Assembly: GCA_031416315.1 (NCBI GenBank)
Contig: JANOTL010000085.1
Location: 1 to 14,726, forward strand
Direction: 5' to 3'
Length of the DNA stretch: 14,726 nt
Source of the DNA: Pseudomonadota bacterium
Lineage (GTDB): Bacteria > Bdellovibrionota_B > Oligoflexia > Oligoflexales > CAIYRB01
Below the pieces are notes generated by a model. It searched no databases. It saw only the letters and a list, made by a program, of their open reading frames with translations, and was not told the origin of the DNA. The translations under genes were made by a program, and so were the position numbers. Positions 5,406 to 14,726 of the stretch are shown piece after piece. Position 1 is the stretch's first letter; each line of letters starts with the position of its first letter.

Positions 5406-8039
5406 TTGCGCGCAGTTCTGACCCACAAGTTCCTGAAAAACGGCGTCGAAGTCGTCCTCAAAGAAAACCGGTTCGCCCAGGCGACGGCGGTCCAATGCTG
5501 GGTCGGCGTCGGCTCGCTCGACGAGCTCCCGGAAGAGCGCGGCATGGCGCACTTCCTCGAGCACATGCTCTTCAAGGGCACGAGCCGCCGCAAAGTCGGC
5601 GAGATCGCGGCGCAGGTCGAGGCCGCCGGCGGCGAGATCAACGCCTACACAACCTTCGACCACACCGTTTATCACCTGACGCTGGGCTCGTCGCAGGCCA
5701 CCCTCGGCGTCGACCTCCTAGCCGACGCGATCGGCGACAGCACTCTGGACCCCGGTGAGACCGACCGCGAGCGCGAGGTGATCCTCGAGGAAATCCGCCG
5801 CGGCAACGACAGCCCGGGCGCCAAGGTCGGCCGCAAGATCTTCTCCCTCTGCTTCGCCGGCACCGAGGCCGAGCGCCCGATCATCGGCTTCGAGGCGGGC
5901 GTCGCCGGCTTCACCCGCGACGCGATCAACGGCTTCTACAAAAAGTGGTACCGGCCGCGGAACATGCGCGTCCTGGCCATCGGCGACTTCGACTCCCACG
6001 AGATGCTGGCCGAGATCGAGAAACGCTTCGGTACATTCGAGGACGCTCCGCTTCCTGAGCGTCGCTATCCGCACTTCGACGAGGAAAAAGCGCTCGTCCG
6101 CAAGGTCTCCCCCGACGGCGGGCCGCTCGCCATCGTCATGAAGGGCGACTTCCAACAACCGCGCCTGGAGATCGCGTTCATCGCGCCCCCGGCCGAGCAC
6201 CATGACGGCCCCGCGCTGGATTTGGCGGCTTTCGCGCTCGGCTCCGGCGAAATGAGCCGCTTGAACCGCCGCCTCCGCGACGGCGACGGCGTCGTCAACT
6301 CGGTCGGCGCCTCGGTCTATGCGCCGCGTTTCGGCGGCGTCTTCGAGCTCTCGGCTTTCACCGACGAGGACTCGCTTCTCCCGGCGATCACGGCCTTGGC
6401 CCGCGAGATCGCGCGGCTGCGCACAACCGAAGGGGTCACCGAAGGCGAGCTCGACCGCGCCAAAGCCTCGTTGAAAGCCGACCGTATCTTCCGCGACGAA
6501 ACCGTCGACGGCCAGGCGCGCAGCATCGGCTACGGCATGCGCACGCCCTTCAAGCTGCAATACGACGAAGTTTACGACGCGCTCATCGCCTCGATCCCGG
6601 AGACCGCGCTCGAAGGCGCGGTCCACCGCTGGCTCGACCCGGCGCGCGCCCACATCGTTCTTCTCGTCGCCGAAACCTCGCCCCTCACCGAAGCCGCGGT
6701 CCGCAAGGCCTTCGACGACGGCTGGAAGGAAGGCTCGGGCAAAGCCGCGCGCGCCGCGGCCACCCAGTCCAACGCCGCCGCCCAACGCCGCGACCGCGAG
6801 GAAGCCGTTGTCCTCCGCATCGCGGACGGCATCAACTTCGTCTATCGCCAGAACGCCAGCACGCAGCTCTTCACGCTCACCGCCGCAACCGAAGGCGGCC
6901 TGCGCGCCGAGGACGAGAAGACCGTCGGCCTCCACTATGCGATGGCGGGGCTACTTGCGACCGCGAGCGGCCGCCGCAACTTCGAGACGATGATGGGCCT
7001 GATCGAGGGCCACGGCGCCGTTTGCGAAGGCTTCTCGGGCAAGGACAGCTACGGCTTCCATGTGCAGGCGATCCCCGAGCACGCGCACATGATCCTCGAC
7101 TGCTTCAGCGAGTTCTTGCTCGACCCGGTGTTCCCCGAAGAGCAGTGGGAATCCTTCCAACGCGAGATCCAGCAAGCCATCGCGACGCAGGACGATTCAC
7201 CCTCCGGCATCGCCGTGCGCGCCTTCCAACGCAAGGTCTACGGCCAGCACCCGTACCGCTTCCCGCTCTACGGCACGGCGGAGACGGTCAACAGCTACAA
7301 CCCCGACAATCTCCTCGCCGCCTACTGCGCCTCGCGCGATCGCGGTCCCTGGTGCTTCGCCGGCACGGGCCCCTTCTCCCCCGCCGAGGCCCAGGACCGC
7401 GTCGCGAAGGCCCTCGAGGGCTTCCGCCCGAACGGCGCGCCGCGCAAATTCGCGAGCGAAGCGCTTCGCGGCAGCAGCGAGTCCGCGCGCCTCACCATGA
7501 CGAAGGACCGCGAGCAATCCCACTTGGTTTACGGCTTTCCAGGCCTCGACTGGGGCGATCCCGACCGCGCGGCGCTCGACGTCCTGGTCAACGTCCTCGG
7601 CGGCCACGGCGGGCGGCTCTTCATGCAGCTGCGCGACAAAGAGAGCCTCGCATACTCGGTCAGCCCGATCGTTGCCTACGGCCGCCACGGCGGCGCCGTC
7701 GGCGCCTACATGGCTTGCGCCCCGTCGAAATCCGAGCGCGCCGCGCAAGGCATCCGCGACGAGATGGACAAGCTCTGCAAGGCGCCGCCAACGACTGAAG
7801 AGCTCGAGCGCGCGATCGCTCACATCGTCGGCACCCACGAGCTCTCGCTGCAACGAAGTGACTCGCAGACGAGCACCATGGCGTTGATGCAGCTCTACGG
7901 TTACGGGTGGGACGACTTCCTACGTTATCCCGAGCGCATCGCGACAGTGACGGCCGGCGACGTCCAGCGCGTCGCTCGCCGCCTCTTTACGCCCGAGCGC
8001 GCCATCTCGGTTCTGGTCGGCCCTGCGGAATTGGTCTAG
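5406..8039 (+). CDS. M16 family (insulinase/pitrilysin-like) zinc metallopeptidase, 877 aa, two fused halves
   Basis: Inverted zinc motif HFLEH, followed by NAYT and EREVILEE. The second half lacks HxxEH but has 'RLFMQLRDKESLAYSV' (the R/Y substrate-binding pair). TTG start 2 nt after the upstream stop; exact start uncertain. Confidence 0.93.
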   Translation: MRAVLTHKFLKNGVEVVLKENRFAQATAVQCWVGVGSLDELPEERGMAHFLEHMLFKGTSRRKVGEIAAQVEAAGGEINAYTTFDHTVYHLTLGSSQATLGVDLLADAIGDSTLDPGETDREREVILEEIRRGNDSPGAKVGRKIFSLCFAGTEAERPIIGFEAGVAGFTRDAINGFYKKWYRPRNMRVLAIGDFDSHEMLAEIEKRFGTFEDAPLPERRYPHFDEEKALVRKVSPDGGPLAIVMKGDFQQPRLEIAFIAPPAEHHDGPALDLAAFALGSGEMSRLNRRLRDGDGVVNSVGASVYAPRFGGVFELSAFTDEDSLLPAITALAREIARLRTTEGVTEGELDRAKASLKADRIFRDETVDGQARSIGYGMRTPFKLQYDEVYDALIASIPETALEGAVHRWLDPARAHIVLLVAETSPLTEAAVRKAFDDGWKEGSGKAARAAATQSNAAAQRRDREEAVVLRIADGINFVYRQNASTQLFTLTAATEGGLRAEDEKTVGLHYAMAGLLATASGRRNFETMMGLIEGHGAVCEGFSGKDSYGFHVQAIPEHAHMILDCFSEFLLDPVFPEEQWESFQREIQQAIATQDDSPSGIAVRAFQRKVYGQHPYRFPLYGTAETVNSYNPDNLLAAYCASRDRGPWCFAGTGPFSPAEAQDRVAKALEGFRPNGAPRKFASEALRGSSESARLTMTKDREQSHLVYGFPGLDWGDPDRAALDVLVNVLGGHGGRLFMQLRDKESLAYSVSPIVAYGRHGGAVGAYMACAPSKSERAAQGIRDEMDKLCKAPPTTEELERAIAHIVGTHELSLQRSDSQTSTMALMQLYGYGWDDFLRYPERIATVTAGDVQRVARRLFTPERAISVLVGPAELV

Positions 8040-8081
8040 AAGTAGCGGATCTGACGTTGACTGTTGTAGAGGGTTGAGGCG

Positions 8082-8747
8082 ATGAGCTGGCTCGGACGGA
8101 CGTTGCAATCATCGATCGGCGGCAAGTGGGTCGTCGCGCTGACGGGCTTGGGCCTCGTCGGCTTTCTGGTCGCCCACCTCGCTGGGAACCTCCTGGTCTT
8201 CGCTGGGCCGCAGGCGCTGAACGACTACGCCGCCGGGCTACGGAAGTTTCCCGCCTTGCTTCTCGCGGCGCGCGTAGGGCTAGTCGCGATAGCGCTGCTG
8301 CACATTTTTTTCGCGGTCAAGCTCAACCTGAAGAACCGCGCTGCGCGCCCGGTCGCCTACTCCGCGAAGACGTACGTCAAGGCGAGCCTTCAGTCGCGGA
8401 CGATGGTTCTCACGGGCGTGCTCGTTCTGGTCTATGCCCTCTGGCATCTCGCCGACCTGACCTGGCGCCTCACGGACTCTGCCGTCCAGCAGCTCGGTCC
8501 CTTCGACGCCTACCAGATGGTGGTCTTGCGCTTCTCTAATCCTCTGAATTCACTGTTTTATATCCTGATGATGGTGGTGACCGGCATCCACGTGAGTCAC
8601 GGCGTCCAGAGCGTGTTCCAGACGTTCGGACTGAACCACCACAAGTACAACCGATGCTTCCGATCGCTCGGCCCGCTTCTCGGCTCCGCGCTCGCGATTC
8701 TCTTCATGGCGATTCCCATCTCCGTTCTGCTCGGCATCGTGAAGTAA
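8082..8747 (+). CDS. sdhC: Succinate dehydrogenase/fumarate reductase cytochrome b subunit (single 5-TM, b558-type anchor)
   Basis: 'SSIGGKWVVALTG...AHLAGNL', five TM segments, His residues in AHL, LHI, WHL and HVSHG. Lies directly upstream of the flavoprotein gene. SD GAGG. Confidence 0.93.
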   Translation: MSWLGRTLQSSIGGKWVVALTGLGLVGFLVAHLAGNLLVFAGPQALNDYAAGLRKFPALLLAARVGLVAIALLHIFFAVKLNLKNRAARPVAYSAKTYVKASLQSRTMVLTGVLVLVYALWHLADLTWRLTDSAVQQLGPFDAYQMVVLRFSNPLNSLFYILMMVVTGIHVSHGVQSVFQTFGLNHHKYNRCFRSLGPLLGSALAILFMAIPISVLLGIVK

Positions 8748-8756
8748 GGGCACCCA

Positions 8757-11437
<2,681 letters not shown>

Positions 11438-11459
11438 CGAGAGAGGCAGCAGTCCTCCC

Positions 11460-11699
11460 ATGAAGTTCGAGATCGTCGTTCAGCTGAAAAAAGAAGTGCT
11501 CGATCCAGAAGGCCGCGCCATCCAGGAAACCCTAGGACGGCTCGGCTTTCGCGCTTTGCTGGCGGTCGAGGTGTCCAAACGATACGTCGTCGACCTCGCG
11601 GGCAGCGCGGAAGCTGACGGCGAGGCGCTCGCCACGCGGATTGCCAAGGAGTTCCTGGCGAACCCCGTCTCCGAGATCTTCGCCGTCAGGAGGCTCTGA
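11460..11699 (+). CDS. purS: FGAM synthase subunit PurS
   Basis: 79 aa with 'LKKEVLDPEG.AI...L..LGF' and 'LANPVSE'; directly upstream of purQ. Confidence 0.95.
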   Translation: MKFEIVVQLKKEVLDPEGRAIQETLGRLGFRALLAVEVSKRYVVDLAGSAEADGEALATRIAKEFLANPVSEIFAVRRL

Positions 11700-12361
11700 T
11701 GCCTCGCATCGGCCTCGTGCAATTCCCCGGGTCCAACTGCGACGCCGACGTAGCCCTCGCTTTGAAGCGCGGCTTCGACATCGACCCGACGCTCGTCTGG
11801 CACACCGAGACCAAGCTCCCCGCCGTGGACGCCATCGTCCTCCCGGGCGGCTTCAGTTTCGGCGACTACCTGCGCAGCGGCGCCCTCGCCTCGCACTCTC
11901 CCGTCATGGCCGCCGTCAAGGAGTTCGCCAAGAAGGGCGGCCCGGTCATCGGCATCTGCAACGGCTTCCAGGTCCTCACCGAGTCGCACATGTTGCCCGG
12001 CGCCCTCCTCCGCAACGCTTCACAGAAGTTCGTGTGTAAACAGGTGGAGCTCGTCACGGCGCCGGGCTCGACCGTCTACCACAAGAGCCTCTTCGGCAAG
12101 ACGAGCCGCGTCCCGGTCGCTCACGGCGAAGGCCGCTACTACATCGATCCCGAGGGATTGAAGCGCCTGAAGGACGAGCAGCAGATCGTCTTCCGATACG
12201 CCGAGAATCCGAACGGCGCCCTTGACGACATCGCCGGCATCGTCAGCGAGAACGGCCGTGTTCTCGGCATGATGCCGCACCCCGAGCGCGCCACCAACCC
12301 GCTCCTCGGCAGCGACGACGGCCTCGCGATCTGGCAAGCCTTCCTCGCCACCTTCATGTGA
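11699..12361 (+). CDS. purQ: FGAM synthase glutaminase subunit PurQ
   Basis: [26 protein letters not shown] (catalytic Cys), AHGEG and MMPHPER. TGATG overlap with purS. Confidence 0.97.
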   Translation: MPRIGLVQFPGSNCDADVALALKRGFDIDPTLVWHTETKLPAVDAIVLPGGFSFGDYLRSGALASHSPVMAAVKEFAKKGGPVIGICNGFQVLTESHMLPGALLRNASQKFVCKQVELVTAPGSTVYHKSLFGKTSRVPVAHGEGRYYIDPEGLKRLKDEQQIVFRYAENPNGALDDIAGIVSENGRVLGMMPHPERATNPLLGSDDGLAIWQAFLATFM

Positions 12362-12368
12362 GGCTCTG

Positions 12369-14633
12369 ATGCTTCCCGTTCCTCAACCGATCGACGACAC
12401 GCCAGGCCCAACGTTCACCGCGGTCCTGAAGAAGCACAAGATTTCGATCGAAGAGTACGCCCGCATCCTGAAGATCTGTGGCCGCACGCCTTCGCTCTCC
12501 GAGCTCGGCGTTTTCTCCGCGATGTGGAGTGAGCACTGCTCCTACAAGAGCTCGCGCGTGCACCTGAAGCGCTTCCCGACCGAAGGCCCCGAAGTCGTCG
12601 TCGGCCCGGGCGAAAATGCCGGAGTTGTCCGTCTTTCCGGAAAGTTGTGCGCGGTCTTCAAGATGGAGTCGCACAATCACCCGAGCTACATTGAGCCTTA
12701 CCAAGGCGCCGCCACCGGCGTTGGCGGCATCCTGCGCGACGTCTTTTGCATGGGCGCGCGTCCGATCGCGAACCTGAACGCGCTCCGTTTCGGCGAGCGG
12801 AAGCATCCGCGCACGGCCCACCTTCTCGAGCACGTCGTCAAAGGCATCGGCGACTACGGCAACTGTGTCGGCATCCCGACCGTCGCTGGCAACGTCTCCT
12901 TCGATGCCTCCTACAACGGCAACTGCCTCGTCAACGCGATGACGGTCGGCCTGATCCACGAGGACCAGATCTTCAAGGGCTACGCGACCGGCGTCGGCAA
13001 CCTCGTCATCTATCTCGGCTCCGCCACGGGCCGGGACGGCATCCACGGCGCGAGCATGGCCTCGGACGCCTTCTCGACCGCCGACAACGCCGAGCGCAGC
13101 ACCGTCCAGGTTGGAGACCCCTTCACCGAGAAGCTCCTCCTGGAAGCCACGCTGGAGGTGCTGGAGCACGGTCTCGTCATCGGCCTGCAGGACATGGGCG
13201 CCGCCGGGCTGACCTCTTCGTCCTTCGAGATGGCCGGCCGCGCCGGCAACGGCCTGCGCATCGACCTCGACAAAGTTCCGGTCCGCACGACGGCGATGAC
13301 GGCTTACGAGCTCCTCCTCTCCGAGTCCCAGGAGCGCATGCTCATGGTGATCGAGCCGGGCAAATGGCCCGAGCTGCAAAGAGTCCTCGAGAAATGGCAG
13401 CTGGCGTGCACCGTCATCGGAGAAGTCACCGACACCGGCCGCGTCCACGTTCACTACCAGGGCAAGCTCGAGGTCGACCTCCCCGTCGCGCCGATCACCG
13501 ACGACGCCCCGAAGTACGAGCGCCCGATGACCCCTCGCAAGATGGGCGGCTCGGGCTCCGTCGTGAATCGCGAGGTCGACGAGCTCGCGCGCAACCTCGG
13601 CGTCGAGAAACTAACCCTGGCGATGCTCGCCGACACCGGCGACAAAGCGGGCATTTATCGCCAATATGACAGCCACATCGGAGTCCGCACTGTCCTTTCG
13701 TCGGAGCAACATGGCGCCGCGGTTCTTTGGATCCAGAGCGCATGGTCCAATGCGGGCGACGAACACCTTGGCCTTCTCACGAGCGCGACCTGCAACGAGC
13801 GCTACTGTCGCGTCGACCCGCGCCGGGGCGCCGCACACGCGGTCCTGCGCTCGGCTCGTGCCATAAGCGCCGCAGGCGGCACGCCACTCGCGATCACCGA
13901 CTGTCTCAACTACGGTAACCCGGAAGATCCCGAGGTCATGTGGGACTTCTCCGAAGGGGTCGACGGCATCTCGGCCGCTTGCAACGCGCTCGCCGTTCAA
14001 GTCGTCTCGGGCAACGTCAGCCTCTACAACCAGACCGATGGCGTCTCGATCGCCCCGACACCGATGATCGGCATGGTCGGAAAGATGAAAGACGTGCGCC
14101 GCGCCGTCCCCGCGCGCTACGGTCAGGACGTCGAGCTCTTCCTTTTGCATCCCGCCGGCTCCCCTGCCTTCTTTTCGGGCTCCCTCGCCGCTCGCCATCT
14201 CGGCGTCGACGGCCGCCAAGGCGCACTCCCGGAGATCCCCTGGGAAGCCGAGCGGGAAGCCATGGATTTCCTCAGAAACATGTCCGCCGCCGGCTCACTC
14301 CTCGCCTGCCGCGACGTCGGTGACGGCGGCATTGCGCTCACCGCGATCAAGATGGGTCTGAAGGACGGCCTCGGCCTCACCCTCGACCTTTCGAGCGCCG
14401 ACATTCAAGCCGACAGCGCCGTTCAACGTTACTTGGGTGAGATCCACGGCGCCTACGTCCTGGCGCTGAAGTCTGAAAAGCAGGCGGATACCTTGCGATC
14501 GGCAGCAGCGCTGCGTTACAACAAGCTCTCTCCGGTCGGCCGGTTGGCGGCGTCTGACTCCATCGCCTTCGGCGGCTGGCAAATCGACCGCGAAAAAGCG
14601 ACCGAGACCTACGAACAGGGCATCGCCCGGTGA
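12369..14633 (+). CDS. purL: FGAM synthase synthetase subunit (small PurL), 754 aa
   Basis: [52 protein letters not shown] and SGNVSLYN. Confidence 0.97.
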   Translation: MLPVPQPIDDTPGPTFTAVLKKHKISIEEYARILKICGRTPSLSELGVFSAMWSEHCSYKSSRVHLKRFPTEGPEVVVGPGENAGVVRLSGKLCAVFKMESHNHPSYIEPYQGAATGVGGILRDVFCMGARPIANLNALRFGERKHPRTAHLLEHVVKGIGDYGNCVGIPTVAGNVSFDASYNGNCLVNAMTVGLIHEDQIFKGYATGVGNLVIYLGSATGRDGIHGASMASDAFSTADNAERSTVQVGDPFTEKLLLEATLEVLEHGLVIGLQDMGAAGLTSSSFEMAGRAGNGLRIDLDKVPVRTTAMTAYELLLSESQERMLMVIEPGKWPELQRVLEKWQLACTVIGEVTDTGRVHVHYQGKLEVDLPVAPITDDAPKYERPMTPRKMGGSGSVVNREVDELARNLGVEKLTLAMLADTGDKAGIYRQYDSHIGVRTVLSSEQHGAAVLWIQSAWSNAGDEHLGLLTSATCNERYCRVDPRRGAAHAVLRSARAISAAGGTPLAITDCLNYGNPEDPEVMWDFSEGVDGISAACNALAVQVVSGNVSLYNQTDGVSIAPTPMIGMVGKMKDVRRAVPARYGQDVELFLLHPAGSPAFFSGSLAARHLGVDGRQGALPEIPWEAEREAMDFLRNMSAAGSLLACRDVGDGGIALTAIKMGLKDGLGLTLDLSSADIQADSAVQRYLGEIHGAYVLALKSEKQADTLRSAAALRYNKLSPVGRLAASDSIAFGGWQIDREKATETYEQGIAR

Positions 14634-14726
14634 CATCCATCCGCAGATCACTTCGAGAAGAATGTGGCGTCGTCGGGATCCTCGGCGACCCCGAGGCCGC
14701 GAGCCTCGCCTATCTCGGACTGTTCG
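14630..14726 (+). CDS. purF: Amidophosphoribosyltransferase, 5' fragment truncated by the window edge
   Basis: Not in the ORF track. GTG at 14630 overlaps the purL TGA and reads [32 protein letters not shown]: an 11-residue propeptide ending in EE, followed by the Ntn nucleophile motif CGVVG. Confidence 0.92.
   Translation, partial: MTSIRRSLREECGVVGILGDPEAASLAYLGLF

Noticed and set aside
6790..8039. Absence of HxxEH in the second half of the M16 peptidase as a sign of decay
   Set aside because: Normal for M16 enzymes: the C-terminal half is non-catalytic and supplies the R/Y pair, which is present.

Overview
GC-rich (about two-thirds G+C by eye), densely coded bacterial chromosome segment made mostly of housekeeping genes. 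The gene styles suggest a former-Deltaproteobacteria lineage (Bdellovibrionota/Myxococcota-like); this is an inference. Order: 3' end of an RpoH-like sigma-70 factor (+), lspA (+), Rep/UvrD helicase (-), small lipoprotein cytochrome c with a CX4CH motif (-), ICMT/BpsB-like membrane methyltransferase (+), yajC (+), FadL/PorV-like outer-membrane barrel (+), fused M16 zinc peptidase (+), sdhCAB (+), purS-purQ-purL and the start of purF (+). I found no mobile element, RNA gene, CRISPR array or defence system, and no clearly new multi-gene system can be claimed. The points most worth following up are: a PurL that appears to have lost several ligands of the auxiliary Mg-ADP site; the CX4CH lipoprotein cytochrome divergent from a motif-degenerate orphan ICMT-family gene; the barrel + M16 peptidase pair sitting where secDF usually follows yajC, with a hairpin masking the barrel gene's RBS and AUG; and a helicase with a Rep-like C-terminal tail.
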